64,000 bases of DNA from the NCBI GenBank assembly GCA_009914755.4, contig CP086569.2, positions 33,664,001 through 33,728,000 of the forward strand. Reading direction: 5' to 3'. Source of the DNA: the human T2T-CHM13v2.0 reference genome, Homo sapiens. Position numbers and translations under genes: made by a program. This document shows, one piece after another, positions 1 to 14,284 of the stretch. Below the pieces are notes generated by a model. The model made no database searches. It was not told the origin of the DNA and saw only the letters and a program-made list of their open reading frames with translations. The stretch's first letter is position 1; every line of letters starts with the position of its first letter.

Positions 1-3000
1 GAGTCAAATGGAATGGTCTGGAATGGAATGAACACGAATGTAATGCAATCCAATAGAATGGAATCGAATGGCATGGAATATAAAGAAATGGAATCGAAGA
101 GAATGGAAACAAATGGAATGGAATTGAATGGAATGGAATTGAATGGAATGGGAACGAATGGAGTGAAATTGTATGCAGTAGAAGGGAATAGAATGGAATG
201 CAAGCGAAAGGAAAGGAATGGATTGGAATGGAATGGAATTCATTGGAATGGAAGGGAATGTAGTGTAATGGACAGGCCTGGAATAAAGTGGAATGCTACG
301 GTCTCGAATGGAATAAAAATGTATGGAATGGAATGCAATGAAACGGAATCGAATGTCATAGAATGTAATGGAATGCAAAAAAATGGAATCCTAAATCATT
401 GACTGGAAAGGCTGGGTGTCGAAAGGAATTGACTCCAATGGAATGGAATCGAATGGAATGGAAGTGAATAGAATCGAACTAAATCGAATGGAATGGAATT
501 GATAGGAACGGAATGGAAAGGAATGCAATGATTTGGCATGGAATGGAATCGAATGGCATCGAATGGAATGGAATGGAATGCAATGGAATGGAATGTATTA
601 GAATGTAATGAACTTTAATGGAATGTACTCGAATGGATTCGACTGGAATGGAATGTTCTGGAAGTGAATGGACTCCAATGGAATGGATTCAAAAGGAATG
701 GAATCGTACGGAATGGAATCTAATGGAATGGAATTAAATGGAAATGAATCAAATTGAATAGCACGGAATTGAATTGAATGGAATGGAATGCAATGGAATC
801 TAATGAAACGGAAAGGAAAGGAATGGAATGGAATGGAAAGGGCTGGAATGGAAAGGAATCGAAACGAATGGAATGGAATCGAACTGAAGAGACTGGAATG
901 GAATGCACTGGAATGGAAGGGAGTGTAATGGAAGGTTCTCGAAAAAAATGGAATCGAATGGAATGGAATTGAATGGAACGGAATAGAGTCGAATGGAATT
1001 GAATGGAATGGAATGGACTAGAGTGAAATGGAATCGAACCACAAGGAATGGACAGGAATAGAATGGTCTCGAATTGAATGGAATCGTATGGAATGGCATC
1101 AAACGGAATGGAATGGACAGCCACGGAATGGAATGCACTCGAATGCAATGGAGTCGAAACTAATGGACTGGAATAGAATGGACTCGACTGGTACGGACTC
1201 CAATGGAATGGAATCGAATGGAAGGGAATCGAACGGAATGGACTCGAAGGGAAAAGACTGCAATGGAAAGGTCTCGAATGGAATGGAAATTAATGGAATG
1301 GAATGGAATCGAATGTAATGGAGTCAAAAGGAATGGAATCGAATGGCAAGAAATCGAATGTAATGGAATCGCAAGGAATTGATGTGAAAGGAACGGAATG
1401 GAATGGAATCCAAAGGAATGGAATAGAATGGAATGGAATCGAATGGAAAGGACTCGAATGGAAATCACTCGAATAGAATGCAATTTAATAAAATAGGATC
1501 AAATGTAATGGAATGGAATGGAAAGGAATCGAAACGAAAGGAATGGAGACAGATGGAATGGAATGGAACAGAGAGCAATGGTATAGAATGGAATGGAATC
1601 ATCTGGAATGGAATTGAATGGAATGGAATAATATGAAATGGAATGGAATGGAATGGAATGGAATGGAATGGAACGCCCTTGAATTAAATGGACTGGAATG
1701 GAATGGACTCGAACAGAGTGGAATGGAAAGTGTTGAGATAGAATGCAATGGACTCCTTCGGAATGGTCTAGTATGCAATGCAATCGACTGGCAGGGAATC
1801 AAAAGGAATGTAATCGAATGGATTGGACTGGAATGCAGTGGACTCGAATAGATTGGAAACGGAATGCAAAGGAATGGAATGGAATAGTATGGAATGGAAT
1901 GGAAAGGAATGGAGTGGAATAGACTAGAGTGGAATGGAATGGACTGGAAAGCAATGGACTGGAATGGAACTTTCTTGAATGGACTGGAATCAAACGGAAT
2001 GGAATGCAATGCAATCAAATGGCATGCAATAAAATAGAATGAAAGAGAATCAAATGGAATTGAATCGAATGGAATCGAATGGATTGGAAAGGAATAGAAT
2101 GGAATGCAATGGAATGGACTAGAATGGAATGGATTCGAATGGAAGGCAAAGGAATGGAATCTATTGGAATGGACTGTAATGGAATGGAATGGAAGGGATT
2201 GGAATGGACTCGAATGGAATGGACTGCAATAGAAAGGATTCGAATGGAATGAAAAAGAATTGAATGGAATAGAACAGAATGGAATCAAATCGAATGAAAT
2301 GGAATGGAATAGAAAGGAATGGAATGAAATGGCATGGAAAGGATTCGAATGGAATGCAATCGAATGGAATGGAATCGAACGGAATGGAATAAAATGGAAG
2401 AAAACTGGCAAGAAATGGAATCGAAATGAATGGAGTGTTATGGAACGGACTCAAAAGGAATTGAATGTAATAGAATGGAGTGGAGTGGACTCGAATATAA
2501 TGGACTGGAATGGAATGAAATCACAAGGAATGGGAACGAATGGAATGGAATGGAAAGGAATGGAATCGAATGGAAAGGAATCGAATGGAAGGGAATGAAA
2601 TTGAATCAACAGGAATGGAAGGGAATAGAATAGACGGTAATGGAATGGAGTCGAATAGAATGGACACGAATGCTCAAATTGAATGGACTCGAATGGAATG
2701 GAAACGAAAGGAATGTCATCGAATGGAATTGAATGGATTGGAATGAAATCGCATAGAATGGAGTGGAATCAAATGGAATTGAATCGAAAGGAAAGGAAGC
2801 GAATGGACTGAAATGAAATGGAATGGAATTGAATGGAAAGTAGTGCAATGGAATAGAATGGAACGAAATTTCACGGAATGGAATCAAACTGAATGGAATC
2901 AAATCAATGGAATCAAATCAAATGGAATGGAAAGGAATTGAATGGAGTAGATTGGATTGGATGGGATTGGAATGAAATGTACTGGAAAGGACTCGAATTT

Positions 3001-3564
3001 CATGAAACGGAATGGAATGAATTGGAACGGAATGGACTCGAATGGAATGGAATGTCATGGAATGGCATCAAATGGAATGGCATCAAATGGAATGGAATCG
3101 AATGCAATGGAATGCTATGGAATGGAATGGAATGCATTGGAATGGAATGTCCTGTAATGGAATGGATTCGAGTGGAATGGAATCGAATATAATGGAGTCG
3201 AATGAAATGGAATTGAAAGGAATGGGATCGAATACAATGGAATATACTGGAATGTAATGTAATGAACTCGAATGTAATTGACTGGAATGGAATGTACATG
3301 AATGGAATGTAATCGAATGGAAAGTAATCCAATGGAATAGAATCTAATGCAATAAAATCGACTCAGATAGAGTAGAATGTAATGGAATGGAGTGCAGTGC
3401 AATGGAATGGAATGGAATGGAATGCAATGGAATGGAATGGAATGGAATGGAATGGAATGGAATGGGATGGAATGGGATGGAATGGGATGGAATGGATAGT
3501 AATGGACTGGAGTGAAATGGACTGGAAAGGAATGGACTCAAATTGATAGGGCTCGAAAGGAATG
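1..3564 (+). repeat. HOR unit 1 (3564 bp; most diverged copy, carries private variants and small indels relative to units 2-18).
   Basis: Landmark 'gagtcaaatggaatggtctggaatggaatgaacacgaatg' at 1 and again at 3565. Confidence 0.85.
3399..3494 (+). repeat. Near-pure (GGAAT)n / (GGGAT)n microsatellite core inside the HOR unit (unit 1 example).
   Basis: Runs of perfect ggaat followed by two or three gggatgg units. The tract recurs at the same unit offset in every copy with a different repeat count, for example 6968-7070 in unit 2. Confidence 0.8.
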
Positions 3565-6500
3565 GAGTCAAATGGAATGGTCTGGAATGGAATGAACACG
3601 AATGTAATGCAATCCAATAGAATGGAATCGAATGGCATGGAATATAAAGAAATGGAATCGAAGAGAATGGAAACAAATGGAATGGAATTGAATGGAATGG
3701 AATTGAATGGAATGGGAACGAATGGAGTGAAATTGTATGCAGTAGAAGGGAATAGAATGGAATGCAAGCGAAAGGAAAGGAATGGATTGGAATGGAATGG
3801 AATTCATTGGAATGGAAGGGAATGTAGTGTAATGGACAGGCCTGGAATAAAGTGGAATGCTACGGTCTCGAATGGAATAAAAATGTATGGAATGGAATGC
3901 AATGAAACGGAATCGAATGTCATAGAATGTAATGGAATGCAAAAAAATGGAATCCAAAATCATTGACTGGAAAGGCTGGGTGTCGAAAGGAATTGACTCC
4001 AATGGAATGGAATCGAATGGAATGGAAGTGAATAGAATCGAACTAAATCGAATGGAATGGAATTGATAGGAACGGAATGGAAAGGAATGCAATGATTTGG
4101 CATGGAATGGAATCGAATGGCATCGAATGGAATGGAATGGAATGCAATGGAATGGAATGCATTAGAATGTAATGAACTTTAATGGAATGTACTCGAATGG
4201 ATTCGACTGGAATGGAATGTTCTGGAAGTGAATGGACTCCAATGGAATGGATTCCAAAGGAATGGAATCGTACGGAATGGAATCTAATGGAATGGAATTA
4301 AATGGAAATGAATCAAATTGAATAGCACGGAATTGAATTGAATGGAATGGAATGCAATGGAATCTAATGAAACGGAAAGGAAAGGAATGGAATGGAATGG
4401 AATGGGCTGGAATGGAAAGGAATCGAAACGAATGGAATGGAATCGAACTGAAGAGACTGGAATGGAATGCACTGGAATGGAAGGGAGTGTAATGGAAGGT
4501 TCTCGAAAAAAATGGAATCGAATGGAATGGAATTGAATGGAACGGAATAGAGTCGAATGGAATTGAATGGAATGGAATGGACTAGAGTGAAATGGAATCG
4601 AACCACAAGGAATGGACAGGAATAGAATGGTCTCGAATTGAATGGAATCGTATGGAATGGCATCAAACGGAATGGAATGGACAGCCACGGAATGGAATGC
4701 ACTCGAATGCAATGGAGTCGAAACTAATGGACTGGAATAGAATGGACTCGACTGGTACGGACTCCAATGGAATGGAATCGAATGGAAGGGAATCGAACGG
4801 AATGGACTCGAAGGGAAAAGACTGCAATGGAAAGGTCTCGAATGGAATGGAAATTAATGGAATGGAATGGAATCGAATGAAATGGAGTCAAAAGGAATGG
4901 AATCGAATGGCAAGAAATCGAATGTAATGGAATCGCAAGGAATTGATGTGAACGGAACGGAATGGAATGGAATCCAAAGGAATGGAATAGAATGGAATGG
5001 AATCGAATGGAAAGGACTCGAATGGAAATCACTCGAATAGAATGCAATTTAATAAAATAGGATCAAATGGAATGGAATGGAATGGAAAGGAATCGAAACG
5101 AAAGGAATGGAGACAGATGGAATGGAATGGAACAGAGAGCAATGGTATAGAATGGAATGGAATCATCTGGAATGGAATTGAATGGAATGGAATAATATGA
5201 AATGGAATGGAATGGAATGGAATGGAATGCCCTTGAATTAAATGGACTGGAATGGAATGGACTCGAACAGAGTGGAATGGAAAGTGTTGAGATAGAATGG
5301 AATGGACTCCTTTGGAATGGTGTAGTATGCAATGCAATCGACTGGCAGGGAATCAAAAGGAATGTAATGGAATGGATTGGACTGGAATGCAATGGACTCG
5401 AATAGATTGGAAACGGAATGCAAAGGAATGGAATGGAATAGTATGGAATGGAATGGAAAGGAATGGAGTGGAATAGACTAGAGTGGAATGGAATGGACTG
5501 GAAAGCAATGGACTGGAATGGAACTTTCTTGAATGGACTGGAATCAAACGGAATGGAATGCAATGCAATCAAATGGCATGGAATAAAATAGAATGAAAGA
5601 GAATCAAATGGAATTGAATCGAATGGAATCGAATGGATTGGAAAGGAATAGAATGGAATGGAATGGAATTGACTCAAATGGAATGGACTAGAATGGAATG
5701 GATTCGAATGGAAGGCAAAGGAATGGAATCTATTGGAATGGACTGTAATGGAATGGAATGGAAGGGATTGGAATGGACTCGAATGGAATGGACTGCAATA
5801 GAAAGGATTCGAATGGAATGAAAAAGAATTGAATGGAATAGAACAGAATGGAATCAAATCGAATGAAATGGAATGGAATAGAAAGGAATGGAATGAAATG
5901 GAATGGAAAGGATTCGAATGGAATGCAATCGAATGGAATGGAATCGAACGGAATGGAATAAAATGGAAGAAAACTGGCAAGAAATGGAATCGAAATGAAT
6001 GGAGTGTTATGGAACGGACTCAAAAGGAATTGAATGTAATAGAATGGAGTGGAGTGGACTCGAATATAATGGACTGGAATGGAATGAAATCACAAGGAAT
6101 GGGAACGAATGGAATGGAATGGAAAGGAATGGAATCGAATGGAAAGGAATCGAATGGAAGGGAATGAAAGTGAATCAACAGGAATGGAAGGGAATAGAAT
6201 AGACGGTAATGGAATGGACTCGAATAGAATGGACACGAATGCTGAAATTGAATGGACTCGAATGGAATGGAAACGAAAGGAATGTCATCGAATGGAATTG
6301 AATGGATTGGAATGAAATCGCATAGAATGGAGTGGAATCAAATGGAATTGAATCGAAAGGAAAGGAAGCGAATGGACTGAAATGAAATGGAATGGAATTG
6401 AATGGAAAGTAATGCAATGGAATAGAATGGAACGAAATTTCACGGAATGGAATCAAACTGAATGGAATCAAATCAATGGAATCAAATCAAATGGAATGGA

Positions 6501-7138
6501 AAGGAATTGAATGGAGTAGATTGGATTGGATGGCATTGGAATGAAATGTACTGGAAAGGACTCGAATTTCATGAAACGGAATGGAATGAATTGGAACGGA
6601 ATGGACTCGAATGGAATGGAATGTCATGGAATGGCATCAAATGGAATGGCATCAAATGGAATGGAATCGAATGCAATGGAATGCTATGGAATGGAATGGA
6701 ATGCATTGGAATGGAATGTCCTCTATTGGAATGGATTCGAGTGGAATGGAATCGAATATAATGGAGTCGAATGAAATGGAATTGAAAGGAGTGGGATCGA
6801 ATACAATGGAATATACTGGAATGTAATGTAATGAACTCGAATGTAATTGACTGGAATGGAATGTACATGAATGGAATGTAATCGAATGGAAAGTAATCCA
6901 ATGGAATAGAATCTAATGCAATAAAACCGACTCAGATAGAGTAGAATGTAATGGAATGGAGTGCAGTGCAATGGAATGGAATGGAATGGAATGCAATGGA
7001 ATGGAATGGAATGGAATGGAATGGAATGGAATGGAATGGAATGGAATGGGATGGAATGGGATGGAATGGATAGTAATGGACTGGAGTGAAATGGACTGGA
7101 AAGGAATGGACTCAAATTGAAAGGGCTCGAAAGGAATG
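3565..7138 (+). repeat. HOR unit 2 (3574 bp).
   Basis: Same landmark at 3565 and 7139. Confidence 0.85.
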
Positions 7139-10100
7139 GAGTCAAATGGAATGGTCTGGAATGGAATGAACACGAATGTAATGCAATCCAATAGAATGGA
7201 ATCGAATGGCATGGAATATAAAGAAATGGAATCGAAGAGAATGGAAACAAATGGAATGGAATTGAATGGAATGGAATTGAATGGAATGGGAACGAATGGA
7301 GTGAAATTGTATGCAGTAGAAGGGAATAGAATGGAATGCAAGCGAAAGGAAAGGAATGGATTGGAATGGAATGGAATTCATTGGAATGGAAGGGAATGTA
7401 GTGTAATGGACAGGCCTGGAATAAAGTGGAATGCTACGGTCTCGAATGGAATAAAAATGTATGGAATGGAATGCAATGAAACGGAATCGAATGTCATAGA
7501 ATGTAATGGAATGCAAAAAAATGGAATCCAAAATCATTGACTGGAAAGGCTGGGTGTCGAAAGGAATTGACTCCAATGGTATGGAATCGAATGGAATGGA
7601 AGTGAATAGAATCGAACTAAATCGAATGGAATGGAATTGATAGGAACGGAATGGAAAGGAATGCAATGAATTGGCATGGAATGGAATCGAATGGCATCGA
7701 ATGCAATGGAATGGAATGCAATGGAATGGAATGTATTAGAATGTAATGAACTTTAATGGAATGTACTCGAATGGATTCGACTGGAATGGAATGTTCTGGA
7801 AGTGAATGGACTCCAATGGAATGGATTCAAAAGGAATGGAATCGTACGGAATGGAATCTAATGGAATGGAATTAAATGGAAATGAATCAAATTGAATAGC
7901 ACGGAATTGAATTGAATGGAATGGAATGCAATGGAATCTAATGAAACGGAAAGGAAAGGAATGGAATGGAATGGAATGGGCTGGAATGGAAAGGAATCGA
8001 AACGAATGGAATGGAATCGAACTGAAGAGACTGGAATGGAATGCACTGGAATGGAAGGGAGTGTAATGGAAGGTTCTCGAAAAAAATGGAATCGAATGGA
8101 ATGGAATTGAATGGAACGGAATAGAGTCGAATGGAATTGAATGGAATGGAATGGACTAGAGTGAAATGGAATCGAACCACAAGGAATGGACAGGAATAGA
8201 ATGGTCTCGAATTGAATGGAATCGTATGGAATGGCATCAAACGGAATGGAATGGACAGCCACGGAATGGAATGCACTCGAATGCAATGGAGTCGAAACGT
8301 CGAAACTAATGGACTGGAATAGAATGGACTCGACTGGTACGGACTCCAATGGAATGGAATCGAATGGAAGGGAATCGAACGGAATGGACTCGAAGGGAAA
8401 AGACTGCAATGGAAAGGTCTCGAATGGAATGGAAATTAATGGAATGGAATGGAATCGAATGAAATGGAGTCAAAAGGAATGGAATCGAATGGCAAGAAAT
8501 CGAATGTAATGGAATCGCAAGGAATTGATGTGAACGGAACGGAATGGAATGGAATCCAAAGGAATGGAATAGAATGGAATGGAATCGAATGGAAAGGACT
8601 CGAATGGAAATCACTCGAATAGAATGCAATTTAATAAAATAGGATCAAATGTAATGGAATGGAATGGAAAGGAATCGAAACGAAAGGAATGGAGACAGAT
8701 GGAATGGAATGGAACAGAGAGCAATGGTATAGAATGGAATGGAATCATCTGGAATGGAATTGAATGGAATGGAATAATATGAAATGGAATGGAATGGAAT
8801 GGAATGGAATGTCCTTGAATTAAATGGACTGGAATGGAATGGACTCGAACAGAGTGGAATGGAAAGTGTTGAGATAGAATGCAATGGACTCCTTTGGAAT
8901 GGTGTAGTATGCAATGCAATCGACTGGCAGGGAATCAAAAGGAATGTAATGGAATGGATTGGACTGGAATGCAATGGACTCGAATAGATTGGAAACGGAA
9001 TGCAAAGGAATGGAATGGAATAGTGTGGAATGGAATGGAAAGGAATGGAGTGGAATAGACTAGAGTGGAATGGAATGGACTGGAAAGCAATGGACTGGAA
9101 TGGAACTTTCTTGAATGGACTGGAATCAAACGGAATGGAATGCAATGCAATCAAATGGCATGGAATAAAATAGAATGAAAGAGAATCAAATGGAATTGAA
9201 TCGAATGGAATCGAATGGATTGGAAAGGAATAGAATGGAATGGAATGGAATTGACTCAAATGGAATGGACTAGAATGGAATGGATTCGAATGGAAGGCAA
9301 AGGAATGGAATCTGTTGGAATGGACTGTAATGGAATGGAATGGAAGGGATTGGAATGGACTCGAATGGAATGGACTGCAATAGAAAGGATTCGAATGGAA
9401 TGAAAAAGAATTGAATGGAATAGAACAGAATGGAATCAAATCGAATGAAATGGAATGGAATAGAAAGGAATGGAATGAAATGGAATGGAAAGGATTCGAA
9501 TGGAATGCAATCGAATGGAATGGAATCGAACGGAATGGAATAAAATGGAAGAAAACTGGCAAGAAATGGAATCGAAATGAATGGAGTGTTATGGAACGGA
9601 CTCAAAAGGAATTGAATGTAATAGAATGGAGTGGAGTGGACTCGAATATAATGGACTGGAATGGAATGAAATCACAAGGAATGGGAACGAATGGAATGGA
9701 ATGGAAAGGAATGGAATCGAATGGAAAGGAATCGAATGGAAGGGAATGAAATTGAATCAACAGGAATGGAAGGGAATAGAATAGACGGTAATGGAATGGA
9801 CTCGAATAGAATGGACACGAATGCTCAAATTGAATGGACTCGAATGGAATGGAAACGAAAGGAATGTCATCGAATGGAATTGAATGGATTGGAATGAAAT
9901 CGCATAGAATGGAGTGGAATCAAATGGAATTGAATCGAAAGGAAAGGAAGCGAATGGACTGAAATGAAATGGAATGGAATTGAATGGAAAGTAATGCAAT
10001 GGAATAGAATGGAACGAAATTTCACGGAATGGAATCAAACTGAATGGAATCAAATCAATGGAATCAAATCAAATGGAATGGAAAGGAATTGAATGGAGTA

Positions 10101-10715
10101 GATTGGATTGGATGGGATTGGAATGAAATGTACTGGAAAGGACTCGAATTTCATGAAACGGAATGGAATGAATTGGAACGGAATGGACTCGAATGGAATG
10201 GAATGTCATGGAATGGCATCAAATGGAATGGCATCAAATGGAATGGAATCGAATGCAATGGAATGCTATGGAATGGAATGGAATGCATTGGAATGGAATG
10301 TCCTGTAATGGAATGGATTCGAGTGGAATGGAATCGAATATAATGGAGTCGAATGAAATGGAATTGAAAGGAATGGGATCGAATACAATGGAATATACTG
10401 GAATGTAATGTAATGAACTCGAATGTAATTGACTGGAATGGAATGTACATGAATGGAATGTAATCGAATGGAAAGTAATCCAATGGAATAGAATCTAATG
10501 CAATAAAATCGACTCAGATAGAGTAGAATGTAATGGAATGGAGTGCAGTGCAATGGAATGGAATGGAATGGAATGCAATGGAATGGAATGGAATGGAATG
10601 GAATGGAATGGAATGGGATGGAATAGGATGGAATGGGATGGAATGGATAGTAATGGACTGGAGTGAAATGGACTGGAAAGGAATGGACTCAAATTGATAG
10701 GGCTCGAAAGGAATG
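7139..10715 (+). repeat. HOR unit 3 (3577 bp; carries the 8-bp 'gtcgaaac' tandem duplication).
   Basis: Landmark at 7139 and 10716. Confidence 0.85.
8291..8306 (+). repeat. 8-bp tandem duplication 'gtcgaaac'+'gtcgaaac' (unit 3).
   Basis: Seen directly: 'ggagtcgaaacgtcgaaactaatgg' here versus 'ggagtcgaaactaatgg' in most units. Confidence 0.9.
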
Positions 10716-13700
10716 GAGTCAAATGGAATGGTCTGGAATGGAATGAACACGAATGTAATGCAATCCAATAGAATGGAATCGAATGGCATGGAATATAAAG
10801 AAATGGAATCGAAGAGAATGGAAACAAATGGAATGGAATTGAATGGAATGGAATTGAATGGAATGGGAACGAATGGAGTGAAATTGTATGCAGTAGAAGG
10901 GAATAGAATGGAATGCAAGCGAAAGGAAAGGAATGGATTGGAATGGAATGGAATTCATTGGAATGGAAGGGAATGTAGTGTAATGGACAGGCCTGGAATA
11001 AAGTGGAATGCTACGGTCTCGAATGGAATAAAAATGTATGGAATGGAATGCAATGAAACGGAATCGAATGTCATAGAATGTAATGGAATGCAAAAAAATG
11101 GAATCCAAAATCATTGACTGGAAAGGCTGGGTGTCGAAAGGAATTGACTCCAATGGAATGGAATCGAATGGAATGGAAGTGAATAGAATCGAACTAAATC
11201 GAATGGAATGGAATTGATAGGAACGGAATGGAAAGGAATGCAATGATTTGGCATGGAATGGAATCGAATGGCATCGAATGGAATGGAATGGAATGCAATG
11301 GAATGGAATGTATTAGAATGTAATGAACTTTAATGGAATGTACTCGAATGGATTCGACTGGAATGGAATGTTCTGGAAGTGAATGGACTCCAATGGAATG
11401 GATTCAAAAGGAATGGAATCGTACGGAATGGAATCTAATGGAATGGAATTAAATGGAAATGAATCAAATTGAATAGCACGGAATTGAATTGAATGGAATG
11501 GAATGCAATGGAATCTAATGAAACGGAAAGGAAAGGAATGGAATGGAATGGAATGGGCTGGAATGGAAAGGAATCGAAACGAATGGAATGGAATCGAACT
11601 GAAGAGACTGGAATGGAATGCACTGGAATGGAAGGGAGTGTAATGGAAGGTTCTCGAAAAAAATGGAATCGAATGGAATGGAATTGAATGGAACGGAATA
11701 GAGTCGAATGGAATTGAATGGAATGGAATGGACTAGAGTGAAATGGAATCGAACCACAAGGAATGGACAGGAATAGAATGGTCTCGAATTGAATGGAATC
11801 GTATGGAATGGCATCAAACGGAATGGAATGGACAGCCACGGAATGGAATGCACTCGAATGCAATGGAGTCGAAACTAATGGACTGGAATAGAATGGACTC
11901 GACTGGTACGGACTCCAATGGAATGGAATCGAATGGAAGGGAATCGAACGGAATGGACTCGAAGGGAAAAGACTGCAATGGAAAGGTCTCGAATGGAATG
12001 GAAATTAATGGAATGGAATGGAATCGAATGAAATGGAGTCAAAAGGAATGGAATCGAATGGCAAGAAATCGAATGTAATGGAATCGCAAGGAATTGATGT
12101 GAACGGAACGGAATGGAATGGAATCCAAAGGAATGGAATAGAATGGAATGGAATCGAATGGAAAGGACTCGAATGGAAATCACTCGAATAGAATGCAATT
12201 TAATAAAATAGGATCAAATGTAATGGAATGGAATGGAAAGGAATCGAAACGAAAGGAATGGAGACAGATGGAATGGAATGGAACAGAGAGCAATGGTATA
12301 GAATGGAATGGAATCATCTGGAATGGAATTGAATGGAATGGAATAATATGAAATGGAATGGAATGGAATGGAATGGAATGCCCTTGAATTAAATGGACTG
12401 GAATGGAATGGACTCGAACAGAGTGGAATGGAAAGTGTTGAGATAGAATGGAATGGACTCCTTTGGAATGGTGTAGTATGCAATGCAATCGACTGGCAGG
12501 GAATCAAAAGGAATGTAATGGAATGGATTGGACTGGAATGCAATGGACTCGAATAGATTGGAAACGGAATGCAAAGGAATGGAATGGAATAGTATGGAAT
12601 GGAATGGAAAGGAATGGAGTGGAATAGACTAGAGTGGAATGGAATGGACTGGAAAGCAATGGACTGGAATGGAACTTTCTTGAATGGACTGGAATCAAAC
12701 GGAATGGAATGCAATGCAATCAAATGGCATGGAATAAAATAGAATGAAAGAGAATCAAATGGAATTGAATCGAATGGAATCGAATGGATTGGAAAGGAAT
12801 AGAATGGAATGGAATGGAATTGACTCAAATGGAATGGACTAGAATGGAATGGATTCGAATGGAAGGCAAAGGAATGGAATCTATTGGAATGGACTGTAAT
12901 GGAATGGAATGGAAGGGATTGGAATGGACTCGAATGGAATGGACTGCAATAGAAAGGATTCGAATGGAATGAAAAAGAATTGAATGGAATAGAACAGAAT
13001 GGAATCAAATCGAATGAAATGGAATGGAATAGAAAGGAATGGAATGAAATGGAATGGAAAGGATTCGAATGGAATGCAATCGAATGGAATGGAATCGAAC
13101 GGAATGGAATAAAATGGAAGAAAACTGGCAAGAAATGGAATCGAAATGAATGGAGTGTTATGGAACGGACTCAAAAGGAATTGAATGTAATAGAATGGAG
13201 TGGAGTGGACTCGAATATAATGGACTGGAATGGAATGAAATCACAAGGAATGGGAACGAATGGAATGGAATGGAAAGGAATGGAATCGAATGGAAAGGAA
13301 TCGAATGGAAGGGAATGAAATTGAATTAACAGGAATGGAAGGGAATAGAATAGACGGTAATGGAATGGACTCGAATAGAATGGACACGAATGCTCAAATT
13401 GAATGGACTCGAATGGAATGGAAACGAAAGGAATGTCATCGAATGGAATTGAATGGATTGGAATGAAATCGCATAGAATGGAGTGGAATCAAATGGAATT
13501 GAATCGAAAGGAAAGGAAGCGAATGGACTGAAATGAAATGGAATGGAATTGAATGGAAAGTAATGCAATGGAATAGAATGGAACGAAATTTCACGGAATG
13601 GAATCAAACTGAATGGAATCAAATCAATGGAATCAAATCAAATGGAATGGAAAGGAATTGAATGGAGTAGATTGGATTGGATGGGATTGGAATGAAATGT

Positions 13701-14284
13701 ACTGGAAAGGACTCGAATTTCATGAAACGGAATGGAATGAATTGGAACGGAATGGACTCGAATGGAATGGAATGTCATGGAATGGCATCAAATGGAATGG
13801 CATCAAATGGAATGGAATCGAATGCAATGGAATGCTATGGAATGGAATGGAATGCGTTGGAATGGAATGTCCTGTAATGGAATGGATTCGAGTGGAATGG
13901 AATCGAATATAATGGAGTCGAATGAAATGGAATTGAAAGGAATGGGATCGAATACAATGGAATATACTGGAATGTAATGTAATGAACTCGAATGTAATTG
14001 ACTGGAATGGAATGTACATGAATGGAATGTAATCGAATGGAAAGTAATCCAATGGAATAGAATCTAATGCAATAAAATCGACTCAGATAGAGTAGAATGT
14101 AATGGAATGGAGTGCAGTGCAATGGAATGGAATGGAATGGAATGCAATGGAATGGAATGGAATGGAATGGAATGGAATGGAATGGGATGGAATGGGATGG
14201 AATGGGATGGAATGGATAGTAATGGACTGGAGTGAAATGGACTGGAAAGGAATGGACTCAAATTGATAGGGCTCGAAAGGAATG
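10716..14284 (+). repeat. HOR unit 4 (3569 bp).
   Basis: Landmark at 10716 and 14285. Confidence 0.85.

Noticed and set aside
376-384. Short A-runs ('gcaaaaaaatgg', 'ctcgaaaaaaatgg') as possible retrotransposon poly-A tails or insertion sites.
   Set aside because: Only 6-7 A long, present at the same offset in every unit, and not flanked by any Alu/L1-like sequence or target-site duplications. They are part of the HOR consensus.
1851-1870. CENP-B-box-like string 'gattggaaacggaatg' (shares TTGGAAACGG with the 17-bp alpha-satellite CENP-B box).
   Set aside because: The essential flanking positions (TTCG upstream, CGGG downstream) are not present. The match is what a GGAA-rich repeat gives by chance. 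This is not alpha satellite.
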